A stretch of 64,000 bases of DNA from Eledone cirrhosa (Eukaryota), in NCBI GenBank assembly GCA_964016885.1, contig OZ024742.1, positions 1,798,001-1,862,000 of the forward strand, given 5' to 3'. Below, in pieces: positions 20,201 to 33,700 of the stretch (position 1 is the first letter of the stretch; each line of letters starts with the position of its first letter). The position numbers and the translations under genes are program-made. The notes under the pieces are model-generated. The model worked only from the letters and a program-made list of their open reading frames with translations, ran no database searches and was not told where the DNA came from.

Positions 20201-22585
20201 TATCGTATATCTAGTGTATCATATATAGTGTATCTGGTGTATAATATATAGTGTATCTGGTGTATAATATATAGTGTATCTGTTTATAATATATAGTATA
20301 TCTACTGAATAATATATAGTATATCTAGTGTATAATATATCGTATATCTAGTGTATCATATATAGTGTATCAGGTGTATAATATATAGTGTATGTGGTGT
20401 ATAATATATAGTGTATCTGGTGTATAATATATAGTATATCTAGTGTATAATATATAGTGTAATTGGTGTATAATATATATGTGGTGTATAATATATAGTG
20501 TATAATATATTGTATATCTGGTGTATAATATATAGTGTACCTGGTGTATAATATATAGTATATCTAGTGTATAATATATAGTATATCTAGTCTATAATAT
20601 ATAGTGTATCTGGTGTAGAATATATAGTGTAACTTGTGTATAATATATAGTGTATCTAGTGTATAATATATAGTGTATCAGGTGTATAATATATAGTATA
20701 TCTGGTGTATAATATATAGTATATCTAGTGTATAATATATAGTGTATCTTGTGTAGAATATATAGTGTATCTAGTGTATAATATATAGTGTATCTAATGT
20801 ATAATATACAGTATATCTAGTGTATAATATATAGTGTATCAGGTGTATAATATATAGTATATCTTGTGTATAATATATGGTATATATAGTGTATAATATA
20901 TAGTGTGTCTAGTGTATAATATATAGTGTATCTGGTGTATAATATATAGTATATCTGGTGTATAATATATAGTATATCTAGTGTATAATATATAGTGTAT
21001 CTGGTGTATAATATATAGTGTATCTGGTGTATAATTTATAGTATATCTGGTGTATAATATATAGTATATCTTGTGTATAATATATAGTGTATCTGGTGTA
21101 TAATATATAGTATATCTGGTGTATAATATATAGTATATCTGGTGTATAATATATAGTGTATCTAGTGTATAATATATAGTATATCTAGTGTATAATATAT
21201 AGCGTATCTGGTGTATAATATATAGTGTATCTGTTGTATAATATATAGTATATCTAGTGTATAATATATAGTATATCTTCTGTATAATATATAGTATATC
21301 TGGTGTATAATATATAGTGTATAATATATAGTATATCTTGTGTATAATATATCGTGTATATAGTGTATAATATATAGTATATCTAGTGTATAATATATAG
21401 TATATCTAGTGTATAATATATAGTGTATCTGGTGTATAATATATAATGTATAATATATAGTATATATCTGGTGTATAATATATAGTGTATCTTGTGTATA
21501 ATATATAGTATATCTGGTGTATAATATATAGTATATCTGGTGTATAATATATAGTGTATAATATATAGTGTATCTAGTGTATAATATATAGTATATCTAG
21601 TGTATAATATATAGCGTATCTGGTGTATAATATATAGTGTATCTGTTGTATAATATATAGTATATCTAGTGTATAATATATAGTATATCTTCTGTATAAT
21701 ATATAGTATATCTGGTGTATAATATATAGTGTATAATATATAGTATATCTTGTGTATAATATATCGTGTATATAGTGTATAATATATAGTATATCTAGTG
21801 TATAATATATAGTATATCTAGTGTATAATATATAGTGTATCTGGTGTATAATATATAATGTATAATATATAGTATATATCTGGTGTATAATATATAGTGT
21901 ATCTTGTGTATAATATATAGTATATCTGGTGTATAATATATAGTGTATCTGGTGTATAATATATAATGTATAATATATAGTATATCTAGTGTATAATATA
22001 TAGTGTATCTTGTGTATAATATATAGTATATCTGGTGTATAATATATAGTATATCGGGTGTATAATATGTAGTATATCTGGTGTATATATAGTGTATATC
22101 TGGTATATCTGGCGTATATATAATGTGTATATAGAGTATAATATATGGTATATTTGGTGTATATATAATGTATATATAGTGTGTAATATATAGTGTATAA
22201 TATATGGTATATCTGGTGTATATATAATGTATATATAGTGTTTAATATATAGTGTTTAATATATTTTATATCTTGTGTATATAAAGTGTATATATAATGT
22301 ATAATATATAATGTATAATATATGGTATATATAATGTATATATAGTGTGTAATATATAGTGTATAATATATGGTATATCTGGTGTATATATAATGTATAT
22401 ATAGTGTATAATATATGGTATATCTTGTGTATATAAAGTGTATATATAATGTATAATATATAGTGTATAATATATGGTATATCTGGTGTATATATAATGT
22501 ATATATAGTGTGTAATATATAGTGTATAATATATGGTATATCTGGTGTATATATAATGTATATATAGTGTATAATATATAATGTG
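17211..22585. repeat. 23-bp AT-rich satellite TAGTATATCTAGTGTATAATATA with higher-order duplications
   Basis: Tandem copies. Blocks are duplicated at offsets 184 (19001/19185) and ~412 (21201/21613). Confidence 0.97.
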
Positions 22586-22821
22586 TAAATACTTCTTAGA
22601 ATGAAAATATAAACACAAATAATGACACAATTATTGCTAAGGAACTTTATAAATATAATACTCCAAATATATAATTAATTTAACTGTCAATTAGTCACCA
22701 CACAACTTTAATTACGTCGTCAACTACAATTTCGTCACCGTTAACTCTGGTGTGTGTTACACCCAATTCTTCATCTTACCACTCGTGCACAGTAGATTAA
22801 GATTTCTAGAAGTTCCCACTC

Positions 22822-22961
22822 GTGAACCACCTACATATAACTGTCCAGGTGTAAAAGTGAACCACCTACATATAACTGTCCAGGTGTAAAAGTGAACCAC
22901 CTACATATAACTGTCCAGGGGTAAAAGTGAACCACCTACATATAACTGTTCAGGGGTAAAA
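22822..22961. repeat. 35-bp tandem repeat x4 GTGAACCACCTACATATAACTGTCCAGGTGTAAAA
   Basis: Period 35. Confidence 0.95.
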
Positions 22962-23265
22962 AGCGATTATCTTGTATTCAATTCTACAACTTCGAAACTC
23001 CGAGTGTGAGTTTTATGTATGGTCATAGCAAAACTGGTTCTAACGGGGAACTGAAATGGTGAGAATTTGAACGGCAGCTCGGTAGAAGAAGAGATAAGTG
23101 GAATCTTGGGAATAAATGTATTTTCTCCTTGATGTAAACTCCCCTTAATACATAATGCACTATCAAGGGAGACAATTGTTGAAAATTCTTAACGTTCAGG
23201 GGACTTAACTGGTGTTGTGTAAAAAAAAAAAAAAGAATAGAATCACCATTATTTCTTCGACGACA

Positions 23266-23452
23266 GGGCGGTGGATTGGCAGTATCGGTAGAGGGTCGGA
23301 CGCCATGCTTTGACGCATAGAGTTACGTCCCTTTATGATCTGAGTTCAAACCCGCTGAGGTTAACTTTGCCTTTCATCCTTACGGCGTCGATAAAGTAAA
23401 GTACCAGTAATGTACTGGTGAATTTGCTGGCCTTGTGCCTAAAATAGAAACA
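23266..23452 (+). mobile_element. Full-length tRNA-derived SINE (family S1)
   Basis: A-box-like TGGCAGTATCGG, B-box-like GAGTTCAAACCC, (ATT) tail. Imperfect target duplication ATTATTTCTTCnnCGAC on both sides. Several other copies in the window. Confidence 0.85.
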
Positions 23453-23803
23453 ATTATTTCTTCCTCGACTGTTTACCATATGTGCAAGTGGCTTAACGGA
23501 GTTATTTCCCTTGGATCTGAACTTATTTCCCACACAACGCGCGCGCGTGCACTCACGCACAGAGACACGCACACACACACACACACACATTGAAAATAAC
23601 GAAGTTTCGTTTACATGTTTAGACTTTTATTGTGTAGCGACTTGTTACACGCGTTTCATAGAGGAATGGCTCTGTGTCACCCATAGAAGTTATGACCCGA
23701 CTCCATTATCGATCTGCTCTTCAGACTGGCGATGCAACAAAATATAGTGTTTGTTTTGGTACCACCACGAGTAATTCACTGAATCACCTACACTTATATA
23801 TAT

Positions 23804-24700
23804 CAGAGGTGGGTCAGAAAAGTTCCAGGACTGATGTCACAAAAGATTTATTTCAAACACAAACTTCACACTAAGTGTTTTCTCCTTCAAAGTAATCCCC
23901 CTGGAGTCTAATGCACTTTTCCATCCTTTTCTGCCACGCTTGCATGCACCTCTGGAAGGATTCTTCCGGGATCCTCCGCAGTTCCGCAGTTCCGTCGTCA
24001 CGGCCTTTTTGATGTCGTCCACGTCTTCAAAACGGGTCCCCTCCGGGTCGTACTCGAAGATCCATGACTCATCACCGGTGATGACTGTCCCTAGCAAGTC
24101 TGGTTCGGTTTCAAGAAGCTTGAGGATGTCCTGGCACACTTGGATGCGTCGACCCCTTCTGGTCATCGTTCAGCAGTTTTGGTACCATCTTCGCGCAGAC
24201 TATCCGCATGTCCAATTCTTCAGTAAGAATCTTCCAGACGCTGTCCCGATTCATGCCCAGCTCATTTGCCATCAGTCGCACAGTCAGCCGACGATCGCTA
24301 CGCACCATCTGCCTGACGCGCTCAACGTTGACCTCAGTCCTGGTTGTTGAGGGCCTGACGCTCCTGGGTTCATCTTCCACGTCCTCGCGTCCTTCTTTAA
24401 ACCTCTTGCACCACTCAAAAACACGTGAGCGTGACATCGTCTCATCTCCATACACTTATTGCAGCAACCGTACCAGAAACTTCAAGTTTGTTCATTGCTC
24501 TGTGCTCATTGCTTGACGACCTGAAACAGAGGACATGTATATACAATTATGAAGAAAAAAGTTTGATCGCTGCAGAGAGCTAAGATTACAGTTACATACT
24601 CCAGGGGGATTACTTTGAAAGAGAAAACTCTTAGTGTGAAGTTTGAGTTTGAAATAAATCTTTTGTGACATCAGTCCTGGAACTTTTCGGACACACCTCG
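23804..24700 (-). mobile_element. Internally deleted, non-autonomous mariner transposon with ~104-bp TIRs
   Basis: TIRs at 23804-23907 and 24598-24700, flanked by TA. Transposase remnants include the HTH region (YGDETMSRSRVFEWCKRFKEGREDVEDEPRS), AKMVPKLL (WVPHEL-like motif), ITGDESWIFEYDPE and C-terminal GDYFEG. Confidence 0.93.
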
Positions 24701-24763
24701 ATATATATATGTATACATCAATGATATTAATAAATGGAAACTATATTTATTAAACCATATTTA

Positions 24764-24820
24764 TTCTATTATATATATTTCAAGGGTACCAAAACTTTAG
24801 TACGCTCTCATCAGATAAAA
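24764..24820 (-). ncRNA. Type I hammerhead ribozyme-like motif
   Basis: Reverse complement reads TTTTAT-CTGATGA-GAGCGTACTAA agtt TTGGTACCCTT-GAAA-TATATA-TA-ATAGAA. Stems I and II pair, and stem III is short and palindromic. Confidence 0.7.
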
Positions 24821-24959
24821 TACAAAGTTTGTTTTATAAATATTGACATATCCAGGAAGAAGATCTTAACGGTTTAAAATGATATTGCCAGAAATATATA
24901 TATAATTGAGTAAAATGACAAGAGGCTGGACTGGTGAAATCCCTTAAAGGCTTATTATA

Positions 24960-25019
24960 AACACTATGCACATTTCAATGACCGGATTCTGTAGGAACCC
25001 GGTGACATCATCAGGTGTT
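24960..25019 (-). ncRNA. Type I hammerhead ribozyme-like motif near the 3' end of a PLE-like terminal repeat
   Basis: Reverse complement reads AACAC-CTGATGA-TGTC ACCGGGTTC ctaca GAATCCGGT CATT-GAAA-TGTGCA-TA-GTGTT. The downstream TTAAGGGATT...TTTTACTC..(TA)n resembles the end at 30740-30770. Confidence 0.65.
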
Positions 25020-26049
25020 ACGAAATTTATATAATAAAGGAATATAATAATGGTAGACACAATCCAAGGGGCTGAAAAGTAGAGAGATATGTTCAAGACC
25101 CGAAGGTGGCCAGAGCCAGTAGTTGCCAGCCTGGGTGACTGCCTTCAAGTGAGGAATCTACTTAATTTCATCTTGTCTGTCTGTTCGGGGGGCTGTATGG
25201 TTATAGTGCACTCCACTACTACCGTGCTGTCACCCACAGCCAAATGGACACATGGTAGTGGTGAAGGAGATCAGGTTACATAGAAGAAAAATGTTTCATT
25301 GGCGTTGGTCAAAAGTACTAAAAAATATAGTGGACGGATATACAGTCCGAACCAGAACCCAAAAGGTTTTAAGGTAGAGTTTGAAACTACGATTAAAGAT
25401 TAGAAATGTCAAATGTAGGTTTAGAATTGAAAGATTTAGTTGAAGAATTTGTAGAAGGATTTAGTTTTAAAATTTGGTTAAAAAATTTGAGGGAAGCATT
25501 TATGTAAAAGTTAAGATTAAGGATTAAAATTTAAGAGTACTGTTTGGTGGCCAATAACCAGTAACGCGACGGATTCCCGGTCCACCCAGGGGCCAAGGGT
25601 GTACCAACCGTTCCGAGTATTTTCGTCTACCGAAAGAAAGGGAAATTTATTTTTCCAAGCACTTCAGGAAGGTTGATATCCTGAGGCGCCGAGGGCAGAA
25701 GCGGGAAGGCATTCTCAGCCAGCCGATCATCCAGCGTATACCAAACAATTATTAGTTATTCATTTCAGTGGTGTGAAGTTTAAAAGTAGTAAAATTTGAT
25801 GAAATAGGCAAATAAACTATACTCAATCCCAAATTAACCAGGGCTCTATGTGCGGTCCAGATTTGAATTCATATGGGATACAATACCATCCCACACTGCA
25901 ATAAATACAGATGAGATGTAGATACCTTAACACAACCTGCTATCTCAATGTAATCAAAATGGGGAATAATTAAAGATAAACATATAAAAAGTATAGAAAG
26001 TAATATTCTAGTGTCGTGTAATAATTTTAGATAAAAGATGAGTAAAAGA

Positions 26050-26420
26050 ATAAGTATATATATATACATGTTTGTGGAGGATAAGTATATATATCTACAT
26101 GTGAAGGATAAGTATATATATATCTACATGTGAAGGATAAGTATATATATATACATGTGAAGGATAAGTATATATATATACATGTGAAAGATAAGTATAT
26201 ATATATATATATACATGTGAAGGATAGGTATATATATATATATATACATGTGAAGGATAAGTATATATATATATACATGTTTGTTAAGGATAAGTATATA
26301 TATATATACATGTGAAGGATAAGTATATATATATATATATATACATGTTTGTGAAGGATAAGTATATATATATATATATACATGTGAAGGATAAGTATAT
26401 ATATATATATATACATGTTT
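26050..26420. repeat. Minisatellite ACATGTGAAGGATAAGT(AT)n, left part
   Basis: Same unit as 30770-35952. Confidence 0.95.
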
Positions 26421-28732
26421 GTGATAAGACTAAGAATCTATACTCCATGGACTATAGTACATACCGCGATTTTATTTATAAAGAGTTATATAGAAACTAT
26501 AAAAAAACTACGCTTGAGAATTTGAACCACATCAACAGTGAGGGCCTTAGAATAGTCTCTGACCTCGGACTCGATAAGTATACCCAGCCATATTACCCTC
26601 GAGAACCGAGATTCACACTTAAGGACCATAAGGTTGATTTTATTAGTAACCCCTCAGTTAGACTCATCTGTCCTTCTAAGTCGGATATAGCCATTATCAG
26701 TAAAAAAAATCCTTGACCTTATTATACCAGATGTTAGGGATAAGGTTAATTTTAACCTATGGGGGAACACTAGGGAAGTTATAGATTGGTTCTCTGGGAT
26801 TAATAGACTTGAATCTAATAAGTTTATCCAATTCGATATTGATGCCTACTACACATCAATTTCACCCATCCTCCTCAATAAAGCCTTAATGTTGGCCATG
26901 AGAGTGTCCAGCCTTACACGATCGCAGGTAGATATTATACTAGCAGCCCGTAAAACTATTATTAAATTTGAGGACACATTTTGGACCCGTAAAAACACGC
27001 CCAATAATTTCGACGTTACAATGGGTTCGAGTGATTCGGCCCAGGTTACTGATCTTGTTGGGTTGTTCCTCCTTAATGAACTATACGCTACCTTCCCGCA
27101 CCTTATAGGCGGACTATATCGTGATGATGCATTGTTTGTAATTAACTCTAGCACCAACAATGTAGAACATAATAAGAAGAAGCTTTATAAGTTTTTTAAA
27201 AGCTACAACCTTTCGATCACGATAGATAGAAATGATAGAGCGGTTAACTTTTTAGATGTGACTTTGGACTTGGCCACTAATAGTTTTAAACCCTTCCATA
27301 AGCCTAATGAAATTCTTTCTTATGTTAGCCCCAACTCTAACCACCCTAAGTCTATGATAAACTCTATAATTAAGGGCATTTCTAATAGGATTTCCACACT
27401 ATCTAAGGACATAGGAACATTTAATGAACATGCGGAGTAGTACAATAATGCCCTAGCAAATTCAGGTCACTCTAGTAAAATAATTATAATAATAGTAACC
27501 TTAGAAAGTCTCCGCTTACTCTTAATAATAATAACATTATATCACATAACATGGCCATGAATGGGAGTAGCAAATATAGTAACCGTAGAATTTATATAGG
27601 TGTATCTGAACCCACCCATAAGTTAACCCACCGGACTCGTAATAGCAAATATAATACCTCTAGGAGACAAGTTGAACCCCCTGTGCGCTCACGCATTGGT
27701 GTTGGTTTTGCTGGATCTAATTCTAATAATGTTGCTCCTACTGATCCTATCATTGGCCTTAATCCTCTTGTAGGGATTCCGGACAACAGTAGATCTACTG
27801 GAGGTAGAAACTATAATAGACATAACGAAATTATGGCTGATTCTATGAATGTGGCTTCAACTATTCCTGATAGTAACCCTAGTCTCGACGGTGGGACATT
27901 TGATAGAGGTAGGGTCGGTAAGAATAAAAATAAAAATAGAAGGCGATTAAATACTTATTTCAACCCGCCATATAATCAGGATGTATCAACTAATATCCCT
28001 AGGTCTTTCTTCACTATCTTAGAGAAAAATTTTCCCCCTTCTCACAAATACCATGGTATTTTTTATAAAAATGTTATTAAACTCTCATTCTCTACCACCC
28101 CTAATATTAGTTCTCATTTAGCTAGCACTAATAATAGGAAAATTAGGGATGGATTCTCCTCTCTACATACTACTAGTCTGAACGGATCTGACAATGCTTT
28201 ACCACCAGAACAGTCCTTATCTAATAGAGGTCCTACGTGTAATACATCACCACTCGAGCCAACCAATAACACCCGGAAGTGCAATTGTAGAGTGAGTGCT
28301 AACTGCCCTCTAAACGGTAACTGCCTTTCTAAGAACATTGTCTACGCTTGCGAGGTTATAACTAATTCCTCTAATAGTACGTATATAGGATCTACTTCAA
28401 ACACTTTTAAGACTAGATTTAACTCTCATATCTCTAACTTCAAACATGTTAGGTTTAAGAATTCTACCTCTTTAGCGCATTATATCTGGGATCTTAAGGG
28501 AGCTTATATACCATATAGCCTTAACTGGAGTTTAGTAGCACGATCTAACCAACTTTCTGCACATAGTAAGTTTTGTAATCTCTGTATACTTGAGACACAC
28601 TCTATTATTTTCTCTAGCGTACCCTTACTGAATAGAAAGTCTGAGATATTCTCTTCTTGCCCCCACGCCATTTCTAATTCTTATTTTTATTATAAACCCA
28701 AATGTTCTAGTAGTACAAATTGTACCCATTAG
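26421..28732 (+). pseudogene. PLE reverse transcriptase + GIY-YIG endonuclease, disrupted
   Basis: Motifs DKTKNLY, TLKDHK, VRLICPSKSDI, WGNTREVIDWF, FIQFDIDAYYTSI, FDVTMGSSD, GLYRDDAL, VNFLDVTLDL, SNHP, YFNPPY, CNCxxxxxCPLxGxC, NIVYACEV...TYIGST...FKTRF..H, CNLCILE. Frameshift near 26705, TAG at 27438-27440 and another frame change before 27551. Confidence 0.92.
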
Positions 28733-30269
28733 CAGATATATTCCATTACTTAGTTTTTTGTTTGGGTTCTTTTGTTTGCCAACATTAATGTTATCATCAT
28801 TATCACCATTGGTTTTTGATGACTCTTCATTCTAGCTCTCATAATCATTTGGCTACTGTACCATATCTATGTTTTCACTATTACACCTTGTTAATATACA
28901 TAAGATTAGACACTTTACGCCACTTACGTTATTCTATTATTATCTTTATTTTTTTTTATTATTATTAATTTTAATTTTAATTTTAATTTTATTTTTAATT
29001 CTATTTTTATTTCTAAGTTTATTCTGATTTATCTTTCGACCCCCCCCCCCTTCCCCCTCCCCCATGCGCACATAAACTTATTGTCAACCCCTCCAGATTG
29101 ACTATGATTATATTTAACCCCCCCTCTTTTATGCTCCGTTCTATTATTTATTATAGTATATCGACTATATTTTATGCCACTTCGCACCCTCCATATATTT
29201 CGTCAATTCTGTCCCCATTAGCCTACCTTAATTCTACTTAAGTCAGTTTTTTAGATATCGTTGCGTATATGATAGTATAAAATTTTCATTCCTTTTTGTA
29301 AACATTTGTAACGATACATTAAAGTTTATATACTTTAATGACTTAAACTACAGCTAATATTATACTACCTTATTGGACGGGTTTGATATTTTTAATATTA
29401 ATTTATCAAATAGGGTTTGGAGTCAATTAAAATGATTGTTTTCCTTAGTGTTTACCTAATTTCTTAAATGCACGCGAGGCCTAAGTGTGTATATATTTGC
29501 TTTTGTTTTGTAATTTCCGGTTGATTGTATTTATTTATTTTATTCTATATTCTATTTGCTATTCACTGTCTGGCTTTGCTTACTCATCCACATATGTCTG
29601 TCTACTAACCTTGTAATTATAAGTATTTATATATTTTATGCCAATTTATAATATATTATATTATATTGTATTGTAAGATTGATCCTTATTACTTACTGTT
29701 CATTATATGTAACATTATGATATTTAAACTTTATATATCATGTAAGATGTCTGGATTTTTGTAATATTGTAATATTGATCCTTATTACTTACTGTTCATT
29801 ATATGTAACATTATGATATTTAGACTTTACATATCATGTAAGATGTCTGTATATTTTTTTCTGTAACATCATAATTTTTCCCTGTACCATTATAGTGTTT
29901 TTTTGAGTATTATATAATTTATTTTTCCTCATTTATTCTGTAACCCAGTATGAATCGATTTGTATATATTGTTTATGGTAAATGTTAGTACACTGTTAAC
30001 GTATTATCATTGTATTCTATTGTGACATCTATATTGTTTCTGTAAATTAACCGGGGATTATCTATTTTATTTTATTATATTATATTGAATTATATAATTT
30101 TGTTGTTTATTATTTGTTATATGTGTTTCTTGTAATTATATCATATTATTGCCTCATGTATATTGGGTAGATGTATTAGTATTATTTTCACTCTTATCAT
30201 GCTTATTTTTATATTCAAACTTCTAATAGGGCTTAATTTTGTGTAGTGGAGCATAGATGTGTGTGTTGT

Positions 30270-30335
<66 letters not shown>

Positions 30336-30677
30336 CACATATATTCATGTATATATTGTACCTTTTGATTTTTAATTTGTAATTTTAATGTTGGTAAAAG
30401 TATATTATTATTATAATGTATTATACTGTGTTATATATAATTCCTGCTCTATATAACCAAATTTGTTTTGATTTAGGTTAGTTGCTTTGGACTATATTTG
30501 TAATATGGTTCTTAATGTTATCTACATCCTTAGTTATTCTTATTATATATTTTTATTATTTTTATTTTTATTTTCATTTTTATTATCATATATTTTTGTA
30601 AGACATTAGTGTATGTACACTCCATATTCTTCAGAGTTTCCGGCTTGTATCTGCCGATATTACCTCTTGTTGTTTTG

Positions 30678-30722
30678 ATTGCCCTGATGAGTCCTTAATA
30701 GGACGAAACATTGTCGGCTAAT
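30678..30722 (+). ncRNA. Minimal type I hammerhead ribozyme with canonical core
   Basis: ATTGCC-CTGATGA(30684-90)-GTCCT taat AGGAC-GAAA-C att G-TC-GGC(T)AAT. Full core consensus, G-C closing stem II, GUC cleavage triplet ending at 30715. Confidence 0.88.
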
Positions 30723-30769
30723 AAAAACTTTTGATGTATTAAGGGATTCTTTGTTTTACTCTCTTAATA

Positions 30770-33700
30770 TATATATATATACATGTTTGTGAAGGATAAG
30801 TATATATATATATACATGTTTGTGAAGGATAAGTATATATATATACATGTGAAGGATAAGAATATATATATATCTACATGTTTGTGAAGGATGAGTATAT
30901 ATATATACATGTGAAGTATAAGAATATATATATACATGTTTGTGAAGGATAAGTATATATATATATACATGTTTGTGAAGGATAACTATATATATATACA
31001 TGTGTAGGATAAGTATATATATATACATGTTGTGTAGGATAAGTATATATATATATACATGTGAAGGATAACTATATATATATATCTACATGTTTGCGAA
31101 GGATAAGTATATATATATATATACATGTTTGTGGAGGATAAGTATATATATATATATACATGTGAAGGATAAGTATATATATATACATGTGAAGGATAAC
31201 TATATATATATATATACATGTGGAGGATAAGTATGTGTATATATACATGTGAACGATATGTATATATATATATATATACAGGTGGAGGATATGTATATAT
31301 ATATAAATGATAAGGATAAGTATATATATATATATATACATGTTGTGAAGGATAAGTATATATATATATATATACATGTGGAGGATAAGTATATATATAT
31401 ATACATGTGAACGATATGTATATATATATATATATATATATACAGGTGGAGGATATGTATATATATATATATACATGTGAAGGATAAGTATATATATACA
31501 TATGAAAGATAAGTATATATATATACATGTGAAGGATGAGTATATATATATACATGTGAAGGATAAGTATATATATATACATGTTTGTGTAGGATAAGTA
31601 TATATATATATACATGTGGAGGATAAGTATATATATATATACATGTGGAGGATAAGTATATATATATATACATGTTTGTGAAGGATAACTATATATATAT
31701 ACATGTTTGTGGAGGATAAGTATATATATACATGTGAAGGATAAGTATATATATATACATGTTTGTGTAGGATAAGTATATATATATACATGTGAAGGAT
31801 AAGTATATATATATACATGTGAAGGATAAGTATATATATATATACATGTAAAGGATAAGTATATATATATATACATGTTTGTGAAGGATAACTATATATA
31901 TATACATGTTTGTGAAGGATAAGTATATTTATATACATGTGAAGGATAAGTATATATATATATATATATATATATACATGTGTAGGATAACTATATATAT
32001 ATACATGTTTGTGAAGGATAAGGATATATATATACATGTTGAGGATAAGTATATATATATATATACATGTGGAGGACAAGTATATATATATACATGTGAA
32101 GGATAAGTATATATATATATATACATTTGGAGGATAAGTATATATATATACATGTAAAGGATAAGTATATTTATATACATGTTGTGAAGGATAAGTATAT
32201 ATACATATATATACATGTGTAGGATAACTATATATATATATATACATGTGGAGGATAAGTATATATATATACATGTGGAGGATAAGTATATATATATATA
32301 TGTGGAGGATAAGTATATATATATACATGTGAAGGATAAGTATATATATATATATACATGTGGAGGATAAGTATATATATATATACATGTTTGTGGAGTA
32401 TAAGTATATATATATATACATGTGAAGGATGAGTATATATATACATGTGAAGGATAGCTATATATATATACATGTGAAGCATAAGTATATATATATATAT
32501 ATATATATACATGTGGAGGATGTGTATATATGTATACATGTGAAGGATAAGTATCTATATATACATGTTGTGAAGGATAAGTATATATAACTATATATAC
32601 ATGTGGAGTATAAGTATATATATATATACATGGGGAGGATAAGTATATATATATATACATGTGAAGGATAAGTATATATATACATGTGAAGGATTAGTAT
32701 ATATATATCTACATGTTTGTGAAGGATAAGTATATATATATACATGTGAAGGATAAGTATATATATATACATGTGTAAGATAAGTATATATATACATGTT
32801 GTGTAGGATAAGTATATATATATATATACATGTGAAGGATAACTATATATATATATCTACATGTTTGTGAAGCATAAGTATATATATATATATATATACA
32901 TGTTTGTGGAGGATAAGTATATATATATATATACATGTGAAGGATAACTATATATATATACATGTGAAGGATAAGTATATATATATACATGGTTGTGTAG
33001 GATAACTATATATATATATAAACATGTTTGTGAAGGATAAGTATATATATATATACATGTGGAGGATAAGTTTATATATATACATGTGAAGGATAAATAT
33101 ATATATATACATGTTGTGAAGGATAAGTATATATATATATATATACATGTGGAGGATAAGTATATATATATATATACATGTGAACGATATGTATATATAT
33201 ACATGTGGAGGATATGTATATATATATACATGTGAAGGCTAAGTATATATATATACATGTGAAGGCTAAGTATATATATATACATGTGAAGGATAAGTAT
33301 ATATATATACATGTGAAGGATAAGTATATCTATATATACATGTAAAGGATAAGTATATATATATCTACATGTTTGTGAAGGATAACTATATATATATATA
33401 TATATATACATGTGAAGGATAAGTATATATATATACATGTTTGTGTAGGATAAGTATATATATATATATATATATACATGTTGTGAAGGGTAAGTATATA
33501 TATATATATACATGTGAAAGATAAGTATATATATACAGGTTTGTGAATGATAAGTATATATATATATACATGTTTGTGATGGATAAGTATATATATATAT
33601 ATAGATACATGTGGAGGATAATTATATATATATACATGTGAAGGATAAGTATATATATATACATGTAAAGGATAAGTATATATATATACATGTTGTGAAA

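Larger units (their letters stand above)
26421..30768 (+). mobile_element. 5'-truncated Penelope-like retroelement (Naiad-like) with long AT-rich 3' region ending in a hammerhead-bearing terminal repeat
   Basis: RT and GIY-YIG ORF remnants at 26421-28732, hammerhead at 30678-30722, 3' end running into (TA)n inside a minisatellite array. Confidence 0.8.

Noticed and set aside
26421-28900. Selenoprotein-encoding Naiad (in-frame TGA at Cys sites plus SECIS)
   Set aside because: The zinc-motif cysteines are ordinary Cys codons, the disruptions are a TAG and frameshifts, and no convincing SECIS was seen.
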